Assembly: GCF_006345805.1 (NCBI RefSeq)
Contig: NC_043006.1
Location: forward strand, 60,760,001 to 60,824,000
Reading direction: 5' to 3'
Length of the DNA: 64,000 nt
From: Octopus sinensis
Lineage: Eukaryota
Below, piece after piece: positions 50,687 to 64,000 of this stretch (its first letter is position 1; each line of letters starts with the position of its first letter). Under the pieces are notes generated by a model. The model did no database searches. It saw nothing but the letters and a program-made list of their open reading frames with translations, and was not told the origin of the DNA. The translations under genes and the position numbers were made by a program.

Positions 50687-51436
50687 ATATATATATATAT
50701 ATGGTAGTTTCTGGATTTGCATCCTAGATTAGGAAAATGGACTGGAATAGTTTGGTGACTTAGCTTGGACGACACGACGGTGTAGAACTTTAAAAAGTCA
50801 GTAAAAAGAAATTGACGGGCGGAATGTTGTCTATGTATGACGATACTAGCCTGCAAATGATGGGAGTAAATTCTTCGATCCACGATACTGCACTTCACTA
50901 TTTCAGTCAAGTGATGAATACGAACCATATTTTATATGTTCTCCCACGTTTAACTAGCACAGAATGCTTGTTTCCAAAATATTTTTAAAGAACAATTCAC
51001 TATATTCGTAATTCTTAATGGTCTTAAAATACTTCCAATTTCTGAACAATATTAATATTAACATACATCTCTCCAAACTATTCCATTTTAAACAATCTTA
51101 CAATAGATTTATATGAACCTGTCCTCATATCCTTAATATATATTAAGTTTCTATAATGAATTTTGTGTGTGTTGTATGTTATGTTGTGTTGTGTGAGTTA
51201 TATTGGATAATATAATTAATGTTTCAGTCTCTTACACATCTGTATCTGCATTAAGAAGCACCTTACTCATAATTTATTGAGATAGTATAATGTAATAAGT
51301 TAAACTATTTTGAAGCTGCGAATACACCCACATAAATACATCCACATTTGTATATTTAAGTAAGCAAGCGGCAAATATATTAAGAAATACAATCTTATCC
51401 GACACACATACATACATACATACATACATACATACA

Positions 51437-51467
<31 letters not shown>

Positions 51468-51792
51468 GTGTGTGTGTGTGTGTGTGTATGTGTAGGCTGA
51501 AATGTTCGTGCATGTATGTCTCATTATTCAAACGGACTAACACCTTTCCATAAAAGAAATTCTATATTTAAACATATTTGTTAGAAAATATCACCTTATT
51601 CTATAAATCAATTCGAACAAAGAATTACTTCTATAAATTCTCTTTCTTTTGTTATTATTTTTCTGACATCTTCATTCTGGTACGCTCTACCATGATTTTA
51701 CACACACACACACACTTACAGGCACACGCGCGCGGCTATATACATGCATATATATACACATACTATATAAATATACATACATACATACATAC

Positions 51793-51824
<32 letters not shown>

Positions 51825-52974
51825 ATTTATATATATATTTATATATATATACACACACAAACCATGTGTATATACTGTATACATATTTATACAGATACGC
51901 ACACGCATATGTGCACACATATACACGCATACATACACATAATGTACACATTCCTAGTATGGTTTGAACGTCTGAGAAGACGAAACTTTGAAGTAACAGC
52001 AAATCTATAATTTAATGCGAACGATATGACACGAAAATGTAGCAATAAGTTAAAATATATAAATATATTATTTATGTACATTCATTGTTATATTACCATG
52101 ACACTTGCAAAACACATAAGAATATAAACTGTACACGATTTTGAGCTTACATTATACCTGTGCGGTAAAAATTTATATTCTGATAGAATTATATTTCTTT
52201 TAATATTATATTGCGTATCTGATTTGATTTAATATCAACTTTCTGACAGCCGAACACTCTGAATGTAAGCTTATTTATATTCGTATAAACGATATCGCTT
52301 GTTTATGACCTCTGGAATCTCAAGGCTACGATTCAAGAAAATTCAATATCTAATAAAATACGTGCATTGTATTTTATGCATTGCTTATTTTAACGGCTTA
52401 TAATCACAGTCTTTCCCCAGTTCACATTTTGAAATACACACACCTATCTTTTATTACAAAAGGACAGGGTTCAGTTTTATTTAAAACTTCTACACATATG
52501 TGGGTTTTCTATGTTAATTACGAAAATGCAAATTTTATTCTAGAGAAATTCACAAAGAAATTCTGGTTTGTACTTTTAGCCAGTGTGATCTATTCATTTT
52601 CCACATGTTATAGTGACGTCCTTATGGAAAGCAGCATGTTTCTTTGTTATTTTTGTTTCTTTTCAAGTGGTTTTATTTCCAAAACATAAAAAGAAAGAAA
52701 AAAAAGAAGAGAAAACATTTAAAAAATGAGAAATTAATAAGAGCGTCAAAGACCATTTTAAGATTGCAATATTGGTGTCAGGCCGCGAGATGGCAGAATT
52801 GTTATTTCGTTGGACAAAATTCTTAGCCTTTGGCAGGCTCCATAGTATCGAACCGCATACCAAACATCGTCATAGAACCATCACCCTAAATGTGTTACAT
52901 TTGTCTTTAGGCCTCTGCTCCTAATAAATCGTATTGCGTTCTGGGATTACTTTGATGGACTCTCCTTTCTTTGC

Positions 52975-53230
52975 TCTGTGTTTTCCCTACGTGGGGTCCA
53001 CGGGACTATCACTCATACGTAGATGCACACTGCATCGACAACAGATTGCATTCCCAGAATACAGAATGATACCCTTTAGTGAGCATATTGAGAAATGCGC
53101 AAAGCAACTACTACTACAATTTTTAATCTTTCTATTTTATCAATGTGCTATTGGAACACCAACACAAATTAGACTAAACAAGGAAACATTCTTCATTGAA
53201 ACATATAAGCCCAAACTTAACCACTCTAAC
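52975..53230 (+). mobile_element. Penelope-like GIY-YIG endonuclease C-terminal remnant
   Basis: PYVGSTGLSLIRRCTLHRQQI..PEYR.IPFSEHIEKC...RLNKETFFIETYKPKLN. Confidence 0.75.
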
Positions 53231-53376
53231 ATTCTTATACATAGAAACTCACCCCATTAAATAAAAGGGACAAGAAATATAAAGCGATTATTTCCCTTGC
53301 ACCGGAAGAAATCACTTATTACCTCCACTTACCTGGAACTCCTCTTTACACTGCATAACGAAGACATAACACGATG

Positions 53377-53424
53377 TTTTGAGAAATTTGAAAAGTTAAC
53401 ACGAAACCGGTAATTTCTTCAAAA
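53377..53424 (+). ncRNA. Minimal type-I hammerhead ribozyme with a U3-A8 core pair
   Basis: ttttgagaaat-TTGAAAA-GTtaacAC-GAAAC-cg-GTA-atttct(t)caaaa. Stem I has 11 bp with one bulge; stem II closes G-C; stem III is palindromic (ACCGGT); cleavage triplet GUA. About 150 bp 3' of a GIY-YIG remnant. Confidence 0.65.
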
Positions 53425-53536
53425 ACTATGTCACTGTATGAAAGAATTTTATAACATTCTTCTGACATAATGACTCAAATATATTTTTTAACCTTTCAAA
53501 ACAAGCCTTCTGTAGTTTTTTCACGTTTTACTATTT

Positions 53537-53657
<121 letters not shown>

Positions 53658-56384
53658 TAAATGCATGTATGTATATATGTATGTGTGTGAGTGGGGTGTA
53701 CGTAAGAAAAAAGGTCTCAAATTCATGTGAAATATGCATCTTCTCCTTTTCATACTCTGTTCCAAAATAAGCATTTCATTGGGAAACCTGAACATTGTAA
53801 CATGTTTATCTTTCATGATGATCTATTATGATTCATGAGGACAATGATGGTGATGATGATGATGATGACAACGACGACGGCGACAACGATGATGACGACA
53901 ACGATGATAATTTTGAACATAAATGCAAGTCTAAAAGAAACCTTACCAGAAGAAGTAATCGAATAATTTGACCCATAAATTTGCCAGGTACCTATATGTT
54001 GGTTAATAGGAGAAAGCCAAGTTCAGTGGAAGTTGTGTTGAGAAGATGTTAATGAAACCTATCTTCTTTATACTGTAATTGATGTCAATGGTGATACCCT
54101 ATAAACTCTACCGTCATACAAACAATCATACACACACACAAACACACACCAATCTATTTCAATCGGTTCTCATGAATCATGAATAATCTAAGAACAGCTG
54201 GGAATCGTGTCTGACTGACAATTTTATGTCTATTTTAGATACTATCATAATACTACATTGAAATTGTAACGAAACAAAAATTATATTAGAACTTGAGTAA
54301 TTGTTTAAAAGTACATGAAGAGGATGGCTGTTAGATTGAAATATACTTTCTGACAGCAAAAACAAACATCTTCGAAGATAGCTTGTGTTGCTGCCACACT
54401 TAGGGAACAAGAAAAGAGATACAAACAAACTTGATAGCAGGCCGAAGCTTAAACCCACTGTAGAAAAGGAGTTGATTATGTTTTAATTAGAAATAAGATA
54501 CTGTGTCTCAGCAGATTATTATTATTCTGGTGAATAGAAAAAGCGAATAGAAAAGTGCCAATTCTAAAGAGAAAATTACGTTTCATATTTAGTATAAATG
54601 CATGAGAAAATGCCAGTTATGAATATACTTCTAAATAGTAGCAGAATCCATTTGAGTAACAGACATTTTATGTTTCCACAGTATATTATCGACGTTCTTC
54701 ATTTACGTTATGCTTGCAATTTCAATCAATTGATTTTAATCAATAGGTTGGTGTGAAGATGGAAGCTACTTGCAGCAGATGAATATCTTGTTTATGCAGA
54801 AGTTAAAGTTTACATCATCTGCATTCAGGAGATTGCATTCTCATCACATGTTATTCCATCCCATTATCATTGGCCGTAAAAATCACTGGACTTAGTTAAA
54901 AGCGCTGTAAATTACTTTGGAATGTCAAAAGTTATTAGTTACAAAGGACACGTTTGTCTTTTCTCTGTTTCCAAATTGTCAAATCTCGTGGGCAAGAACT
55001 TAATAATTAGCTTGAGGATACATTAATGACATTTTAAATTTTTATATAATAATGGCTGTGATTTAGAAATGATCGTCTAAATCAGGCACCAGGTAATTAA
55101 AAATCTCGTGTGGAGAACGAATGATACAATGACATTAATATCGCCAGCTTTTAAGATAGAAGCGTGGTGGTCATTAACATATAAATATGGAATTAACGGG
55201 AGAAACACAATTTGTGCCCCCAAAACTTAATCAATTATTTAATGATATTATATGATGGCTACATATGCATAATCCAAATCAAAGCTAAAGTAGTTATATG
55301 TTACAGAGCTCTGTAAAAATATTGTATGTCGACTATGCTAACTTAATCTATGATACAAATTAATATTACCTTACGTGTTGTAGGACGAATTCAGTAATTT
55401 AAGGAACAGTTAATAAGGATATAGAAAAACGTATTTTTCTATAATTCATAATATCAAAACTTCATTACGTAAACTCTATAATAATCTGAGTTTTAATTAG
55501 TGTAGAAAAAACATTATTTCATGAAATCTTTGAAACAGTCAACTTGAATGATGAAACCCCAAAAGGTTTACAATTATATGTATGAAGAAAATTTAGAGAA
55601 ACTTTTTCACATTCCGCACCTAATGTAACATACTTCCATCCGCAGAGATGAATAAGACCTCCTTAATCGCTGTTTACACAAGACATTCAGAAACTATGTT
55701 GGGCGATTTAGTATGCCATCTTCCAAACTCTAGTAAAAACTATGAAAACTTATGGATTTCATATTTCTGAAACGTATCGCCAACTTTAAATCGGAAACGG
55801 AAGTCAAGTTAAGAAGAAACAAATGATTCCTAAAATCAAATTTTATAAACATCGATGTCCTATAAAATCGAATCGAGTTCTTAAATTGACCAAAAATTAT
55901 TTAATTATAAACTTTTATGTATATCATTATGGTAGCATGGTTCATGATTTTCAAAGAAAATAGGATAAGAAAACAGCATCGAAAGAAATCGCACACTATA
56001 CAATGGAAATTACTCAAGTACGAAGGTAGTTACACAATTATTAACCGATTTCCACTTTGACGCAAATGAAAGAAAGTCTGCATCTTTTAATAAAAATTAA
56101 CTGTAAAAGAGTTATCAAATTAATTAAGTGCAAACTAAATACACAAAAGTATTGTTACTGAAACTGTTGCATGTATTGTATTGAATTATAATACCAAGAT
56201 GTTATTGAAATTGGTTTACAGTGAACAGTCGATACATATTTTTGTTTTTTATGTAATTAGAAACATTATACCAGTTCATTTTGCTCCATAGAGAATTATT
56301 ATTTCTAGCTTCCGTTAACGGTGACTTATTTTAGGAAATCCATCTAATAGCTCGAAATGATATCAGGACATGACAGGTTAAAAA

Positions 56385-56485
56385 CAAACTCAACTAAAGT
56401 AAGCTCCATTTGAGCACTAGGGCCAATTTAATCTACTTTATCCCATTCCCGAAATGGCTAGCCTTGTGCCAAAATTTGAAACTAA
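56385..56485 (+). mobile_element. Decayed SINE 3' fragment
   Basis: GAGCACTAGGGCCAATTTAATCTACT...CCTTGTGCCAAAATTTGAAAC resembles a SINE 3' module. Confidence 0.35.
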
Positions 56486-58109
56486 TATATATTCGGAGCT
56501 TGACTCGTAAACAATGGGGATCAAAGAAATATAATGTATGAGTGTGTTAGAAGAGAATTTTAATTAAACTACTATATGAAATAGTAATTAGTTATTCCGT
56601 TGTTAGGAAAGTTTCAAAGATTACAATTATATATTGTATAGTTAAGTACCTGGAAGGATTGCTGTTATAAATAGCAGACACTGGGGATCGTCTTATTTTG
56701 CAGCAGTTGTAAGTTCAGAAGAGAAACATTGTGATTGCTAGTCGTGAAGAAATACATACCATCTCGATTAATTAGTAGTCATATAATGTTTTAGTATTTC
56801 AATATATGTTTAATGAAACAGCAAAATGTGCTGATAGCCGATATGTAGATTAATGAAGATTGTCATATTATTTCCAGTTAAACATAATCCGTAACATTCT
56901 GGACCATTTTATCTAAGGTTTGCGTTTGTCTACTATATTACAATTGATGCTATGCATAGCTGCTTAGTTTTTAAATTAAATTCCAAGCGTAAATGGATAT
57001 ATAGTTTGTGTTTCAGTATTTGTGCAGGAATAAATGAGTGTTATGATAGAAAATCGGGTAAATATCCTTAGAAAAGGGGTGAAGCAGCCCACAAACTGGT
57101 ACAGATAAACAATCTCTGTATCTCTCACATTTTGGTTAAGCTTTCCCTACAATTAAACTAGGCGAACTTTGACATCCGATAGCACCTTTTATACATTAAA
57201 TATCTCAAAATGACAAAAATTATTTTAATCTGTAAAAATGATCACGTTTTTCACGTCACTTAAATCCACACCACTTCCATTGTAGCTAATATCTTTGAAG
57301 AGATTTTCACCATACTGTTCCTTTTATTTGAGGAAAACTAAAGTATAATTTTCTTTAAAATAAGTGAGATATGTTCATTCAGAATCCGTATTGGCGGTTA
57401 CCTACCATCCTTTCTTTACTTAGGGCCTCACTACTTTTTTCCTGGTTAATATTTTTAATAAGTTTCTTACTATCAAATTCTTCTCAATGAGTACATTCTT
57501 TTAAACCCAAATAATAAATGAGAAATATCGTTCCAAAGTAAATTTTTTGCCTTTACTTTTTGACTTTACTTTATTTTCTGATGAAACAAATTTCAATTAG
57601 TTTATCTCCAAATATAGCCTTAGAAGTGGACCATCATTGCTAAAAATCACATTAAGTTTGGTTGAGAACTGAGTTTGTGATGAAGTCTAGAAGTGTTTGC
57701 TAATGGCTAAAAGTTGATCTTAAGAATACATTTACCCACTGCCATGGGTGAATGATGTGTAGCTGATGGTAAGTAAAATTTATGCAATGATAAATGAATG
57801 ATAAGTAAACTTTATGCTACAAAATTTATTTGGGATATAGGTTCAATACAAAATACAGGTTAATCAATGTTGCTAAAAGATCAAATGTGTTATATGTTGT
57901 AATACATAAGAAATATTTAGAGTATGATTAAAAAATTAACTCGATTCATCAACAGAAGTGTTGCTATTAGTTAGTTCGTGATATTAATTATAAATGGGAT
58001 TAGAATTTACCCAAGAAGATATTGCCATCTTTTATCGCTGTATATTGAAATATTTATCCAATAATGCCATAAATATTGTGAAAATATATAGCGATATAGA
58101 AAAGGATGA

Positions 58110-58115
58110 TATATG

Positions 58116-58198
<83 letters not shown>

Positions 58199-58235
58199 AG
58201 TATATATGTATATATGTATGTATATATGTATATAT

Positions 58236-58267
<32 letters not shown>

Positions 58268-58320
58268 AATATATATATATATACATATATATATCATCAC
58301 CATCATTATTATCATCATCA
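58110..58320. repeat. (TA)/(TG)/(CAT) compound microsatellite
   Basis: Direct reading. Confidence 0.93.
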
Positions 58321-59924
58321 AACAGGCTACAAAAACACTAAATACAATGAAGATACTGATTTAAAAAATATGACGCAATACGTTAATTGACCGTCACTAG
58401 GAGTTACCTTGGAAATGCGAAGACATCCAATTCTGTTGACCTATATTTAAGGGATACGTTAAAAATCAATTTTAATATAAATTTCTTTCCGATATCAGAT
58501 AACAGACAGATCACAAGTTGACTATACCACAGAAAGCAAATGATGATAAATTAGTTAGACTTCGGATATATATTATTAACAAATATTTAACTACAAATGA
58601 CTTGAAATATATCTTATTTACGTTGGCTATTGCTATGATCAAATTTCTCATGTCAGAAATGGTACATAAAAGAGGGGAAAATAGCGACGATGGTAAATTG
58701 ATGATGACTACTATGTTGATGGCGAGGATGACGTTCATCATGGTTGTGATAAGGACAATGATCGTTTCTATGATGATCAGAATGATGCCAAGAAGAAAAT
58801 CTTGAGGTCGATGCTGCACAACTCTTCTGGAACCATCCATCAGATTTCTTTTATTCTCTGTGCACCGCAAACCACATTATGGATGTGTACTTTCTTCAAA
58901 GAATATAGTTTGTATTCTGCGTTAGCTTTGGCTGATGCTTCTAGCAGGTTTCGAAACCACTTACATGCAATTTTGAACGCTCATTGAAGACGATAGCACT
59001 ACAAAATATGGAAATATAATTATGATTATTAGGTAATTATGAGAATAAGTATTGTGTAATAATCTGGAGTATAATTAATGCATCTCAAATTAAAAACTAA
59101 TGCATTCTATTCTTCGTTTTTGTCTCCTCTAAAATATATAAAAATTTATCTACTGGAATTGAAATTCAAAGGAAGTCGATTCTTGAATTTGCAATTACAA
59201 TTTTGCTGCTTCAAAATTATTTTTAAAAAAAATCTGAAATCTGTTTTTTAATTGATTTTTCTTCTCCAATATTTTGACATTTGATTATTTCATAACAGAT
59301 TCTTAGTGCTCAGACAAATATTGATTTTATTCGAATTAAAAGGAAATAGATGTGGAGCTAACGTGATATTTCTTTTATTGTTCTCTTTTTAATGAATTTT
59401 GTGGATAGAATTATTTGAAACGAAGTATATATTTATGAATTCATCAGGATCTATTTCTTTCACGGGACTAAATGTACTTTCCCGACACTTTATTTTTAAT
59501 ATGTGCGTAATCTAAAACTTTAGATATGTCACATATCACATGAAAGCCTTCTTAGCCGAAGAAGTAGCCAACAGTGCTAAGAGATTCCCAAGGGAGCTGC
59601 AGGTCTTTGACGAGTCTTTTAGCCCTTAAATTCTTAAACTCTAAGAGGGCCAGACCGCATCCAGTTCATAATTCCTGGATGCCCTTCTGCTGACATTTTA
59701 CAGTCATTTGGATATGGTAAACCTGTGTGTATAAAACGACTGGAGTTTCCATCTAGTTGTAACTCCTCTCTGTTGACTCAGCTTTCAAACTAGTACTTTA
59801 CGAAGAAATAAATTTGGTTGTGAAGGTATCAGTGAAATGTCAACACTATCACAATGACTCAGTCAGAGGTACTGCTCTTGGGCTTAAAATGCAAAAATAC
59901 TGCCTTCAAATGGTTTAACAGTGG

Positions 59925-60080
59925 TTTTTATTCCTCCTCAGCCAGCTCCAGCTTGATCACATCTCCGCTCCCTCTGATATTCCGTTTGGTCTTTGGTCTT
60001 ATTCGTCAAGAGATTGAGAGTTGTTTCATTAGATTGTAAGCAGATATGTTCACAAGACCTCTGGCTCCAACCAAAGCATA
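59925..60080 (-). mobile_element. C-terminus of a restriction-like-endonuclease LINE (Hero/NeSL-like)
   Basis: Reverse strand with frame jumps: VGARGLVNISAYNLMKQLSIS...ISEGAEM*SSWSWLRRN. Confidence 0.55.
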
Positions 60081-61694
60081 GTATATAATAGATTCATTAG
60101 ACTCACCTGCAACTGAGCTTGGATGCCACGTAAGGCAACAGATAGGCACGTAACGGGATTATGCGTTATAGATTAGCAGAGAATTATCTGAATACACAGT
60201 TTGTAGGAAATATGTTATTTTCAAAAACAATGGTAATAAATGTCAGCTAATACAATCTTATTCTTCTGTTGTTCATTGTTTATATAGAAACACATAATTT
60301 CAATTATCTCTCTCTTCTCGAAACAGGTGAAATTTGAGAGAGATTTGATTGTTTTTAGCGGATTGAGTAGATACCTGGAGAACTATTTTGACAAACATCT
60401 GTGCTGATAAGGGTAGACTAAATGAAGTACACCTATTTAAATTAAACTATGCAGAAAAAAAAATGTTTGTTGGATCGTATGAGATATTCCATCGTATGTT
60501 GTTTTGAATAAACTGACGTAAAATTTCATCACCTTCATAAAAACTAGTTTTAAGTGTCTATCGTAGTTATTGACTGCTTTGATATACGTAAAAATAAATG
60601 AATCTATCTATCCAACTGATTTTTACGATATCTATGCATGCACAAACATACGCGTATGCATACATTGATACATACATAGATAGACCATAGACAGACACAC
60701 ACGCAGGTACACATATGTGCGCGCGCATCAATATAATTCAATAATGTGGAATTACGGGTGTATGTGAAAATAGATAAATTTAATTGGAAGAGGTTCTAGA
60801 TGCCTTTAGAAGAACTGTAGAAAACTTGATTTAAACATCATATATAAACGAATGGTTATCTTTATTTGGATTCAATATTTTCGTTTGAATTCAATGAATT
60901 CAAAATCATTGACTTCAGAGACCTTTGGCATTTTGATTGATTTGAATCAAGTAATCGATATATGCATATATAACGTAATCGATATACATATATATATATA
61001 TATAGGTGTGGGTTTATATATATATATATATGTATGTATACTTAGAGAGGGAGTGAGAAAAGAAAGAAAGATAGATAGATAAAGAGAAAAGTACATAGTG
61101 TAATATTGACGACTCGTTTATTTCCATGTATATCGAAGTATCAAATCAGAAAGCTGATGACCTCTGTAACATTAATCGGCATATATTTGTCAATATTTTC
61201 TGTCGACTGAGCAAAAAGATTTCAAACATGATAGCAATATTTAGTCAATATTTTAGTATGAAAGATATCAGCTATCTGTTTTAATATTCCAAATAGCCAT
61301 ATCTACATAGAACCAAGGAATATATAACGCGACTGTATCAGCAGTTCTAAAATACACATTGTTATGGAAATAGAAACATTTTCACGAGAAAATGTTTTAA
61401 TGGGAAATGTCAGCATAAGAAGAAGAGAAGAAACTAATGCAAATATATGTTGAAAAATAAAGCCATAATGCAAAGCTCTTTGATACGTTGTTCAAACTTC
61501 CGGCAGGTTTCGAAAGCTTTTATGCCATTAGAAATTTAAAATATATGCAGTCTGATATTTATTGCGTTGTTTATATGGTGCATATACATATATATTTGAT
61601 ACATAACTCATAAAGTACCAAAAGAAAAATATACTAAAAACATAGAAACACATACATGTACGCACACAGATCATACAGCCCTCATCTCACACAT

Positions 61695-61767
61695 ATACAC
61701 AGCCACTGATATACTTACACACAAATCTAATATATTTTATCCCTACTTCTGTGTCTGTATGCATGAA

Positions 61768-61831
<64 letters not shown>

Positions 61832-62100
61832 TTTAAGGAGTGGAAGAGTAAAAAACTTACCTTATAATTAAGTTAAATATTACGTTACTCAGGTAGAAGT
61901 CTTTAAAGCAACATTACATACACAGCCACTGATATACTTACACACAGATCTAATATATTCTATCCCTACTTGTGTATCTGTATGCATGAATATATATATA
62001 TATATATTTGAGATTTAAGGAGTGGAAGAGTAAACAAGTTACCTTATTATTAGATAACTATTACGTCACTCAGGCAAGAGTCTTTAAAGCAACATTACAT
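61695..62100. repeat. Tandem duplication (units about 61695-61918 and 61919-62100)
   Basis: Both units read ATACACAGCCACTGATATACTTACACAC...(TA)n...GAGATTTAAGGAGTGGAAGAGTAAA...GTCTTTAAAGCAACATTACAT and differ mainly in TA length. Confidence 0.9.
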
Positions 62101-63429
62101 TTTTCATGTCTGACTCTTACATTAAAAAGGGTCATCATGTATGGGCAGGTTCTCTGTAGTGGTTTTGGAGAGAGTTTATCTATGACCCGTAGCTGCTATA
62201 CTTTCGACGTTTTCCATGGTATATATCTGTAAAAGTGTTTACAAAGGGCTGTACTTAGTATTTTAGTATTCGTCAATACACGCATTTCGTTCCATCATAT
62301 ACATATATGCATATTAAAAGTGCGCATTTTTTGTGTAAGGATAAATGCTACATTCCATCAGTATGATACTTTATGTTTCAGAAACGTAACAAAATCCTAT
62401 CAAAAACAATTTTGTACCCTCCTTCACACTATTCAATATGCATCCATTTGTTTCGTTATGAGATGCATTCTAAGAGGTCTCAAAAATTTTCAGAAGCAGC
62501 AGTTACAGCCGTCTTAGATTATTGTAATATATTAGTATATCATTAGTGTACCTTTGATACCTTGATCTGCCAAATTTGCTATTCCAGACTGAAGGAGACG
62601 GCTGTAACAGCACTCAGAACATTTTGTATTAAACACTGTTTATTATAGCTGTCTAGTTCGCAGAAAGTAGTTGGGACGTGAACAAAATATGGAAGTTCTC
62701 TATGCAATATAGTTTTGTGTTAAGCAGGGATAAAACCCTACAGAATCATGTGAAATGCTGAAGACTGCATATGGATTAGCCTGTATGAACCGGACATAAT
62801 GTTTTTCACTGGCACCAGAGGTTCAAGGGCGGTAGAAAGGAGATAAGAGATGACGAGAGTGTATATGTGTGTGTATGCGTGTGCGTGTATGTGTCTACAT
62901 GCATGTATACACATATATACGTGTGTATGTGCGTGTGTGTATGTGTGTGTGTTTCTATTTCCATATCATAATAATGTGTATTTTAGAACTGCTGATACAG
63001 TCACGCTATATATTCCTTGGATCTATGTAGATATGTCTATATGGAATGTTAAAACACATAGCTGATATCTTTGATGTTAAAATATTGAGTAAATAGTGCT
63101 ATCACATTTGAATTCTTTTTGCTCGATCGATATGTATAAATGAATGGTTATCAGAGCTGGTTGAGAAAACGCACAATTTTCTGGAGGAAGATCATTAAGT
63201 GTCTATAAAGACAGTAAACATAGGTATGGAGTTGGTCTGGCAAATATACACCGAAATATTCATGAAGATCTGAGCATGCATAAAATCTGTACAATGTTTT
63301 TGTCAAGGTGTTCAGTGATGAACAGAAGTAAAGGCATGTTGGTGACGCAGGGGTATGGTTATTATCACCAGTCCAAGATTCTTTCACCATATTAATTAAC
63401 GGGAGATGGATTCAGTATTAAACTTTTAT

Positions 63430-63845
63430 AGGAAAACTATAATTGTCACTAAAAGCGATTGAACGGGTCAGAACACTTACATTGCTAGAAATAAGATCTA
63501 AAATGCTTCAATGCTGTAAGAAAGGCACATAAGTATATAGATGTATGCTTATAAGTATTGCAACCACCTAGAAAACCGAGCCAGAATTCCCTATACTGAA
63601 CGTTAAGTTTCTGCTATTTCCATTACTTCTTTAGTAACGACCGTTCGTTTGGCTAATTTCGGGCTTAATTCTCTATCTCCATATAAGTATTCACCATAGG
63701 AATATATGGATGGTTTAGTGAATCGCTAATGCGTATACAAAAATCAATATAAAAAGTCATGCGCAAAGTTTCGCTATAAAAGGAAAATATGTCACTACAT
63801 GCGACTGAGGGTGTCAGAACACCTACATTGCTAGAAACAAGTACC
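63430..63845. repeat. Diverged direct repeat of about 70 bp (63430-63500, 63778-63845)
   Basis: Both carry TGTCACTA...GCGA.TGA..G.GTCAGAACAC.TACATTGCTAGAAA.AAG. Confidence 0.7.
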
Positions 63846-64000
63846 ATGAAATATTTTAGCAATGGTTAGGAAAAATGAAGCGTAGCATTGGGATTGTTAG
63901 TTGATGAAGGTTTCTTTTAAATTACTTCAGCGTTCATTTAATATTGAGTACAAATCTCCCTAAATGAATGATATATTATGAAACCAATATTACAACCAGA

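Noticed and set aside
54177-54461. Minus-strand ORF or exon with a hydrophobic stretch (GLSFGLLSSLFVSLFLF) after a strong acceptor
   Set aside because: No recognisable homology and no clear donor; T-rich DNA readily yields hydrophobic translations.
58518-58805. Met/Ile-rich 95-aa ORF
   Set aside because: Largely a degenerate (GAT)n repeat.
59610-59670. TTGACGAG hammerhead-like motif with nearby hairpins
   Set aside because: The GAAA and UH elements are missing and the spacing is wrong.
62515-62595. Box C/D snoRNA inside the inverted repeat
   Set aside because: A D-box CTGA is present but there is no acceptable C box (RTGATGA) at the 5' stem.

Overview
AT-rich, microsatellite-dense animal genomic DNA. 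The SINE families and repeat landscape suggest an octopod cephalopod; this is inference from remembered SINE motifs, not a database result. No complete protein-coding gene, rRNA, true tRNA gene or CRISPR array is supported. The window is mostly transposon remains: about six R4/Dong non-LTR pieces (all + strand), several RTE pieces (one young and GC-rich), three Penelope-like (PLE) remnants with minimal type-I hammerhead ribozyme motifs, Tc1/mariner/DD37D-like and hAT-like DNA transposons, tRNA-derived SINEs and several foldback structures. Most long ORFs in the track are artefacts of simple repeats. Best leads: (1) PLE-linked hammerheads, including one with a compensatory U3-A8 core at 53.4 kb and a hammerhead-bearing foldback with a possible target-site duplication at 21.7-22.3 kb; (2) a double hairpin with compensatory changes shared by divergent PLE termini; (3) a 2.65-kb A-tract array that replaces the core of an R4/Dong element; (4) a candidate signal-peptide exon at 24.56-24.72 kb and a candidate promoter plus first exon at 39.1-39.2 kb; (5) a TA-associated repeat family seen as direct repeats, short foldbacks and a recent local inverted duplication.
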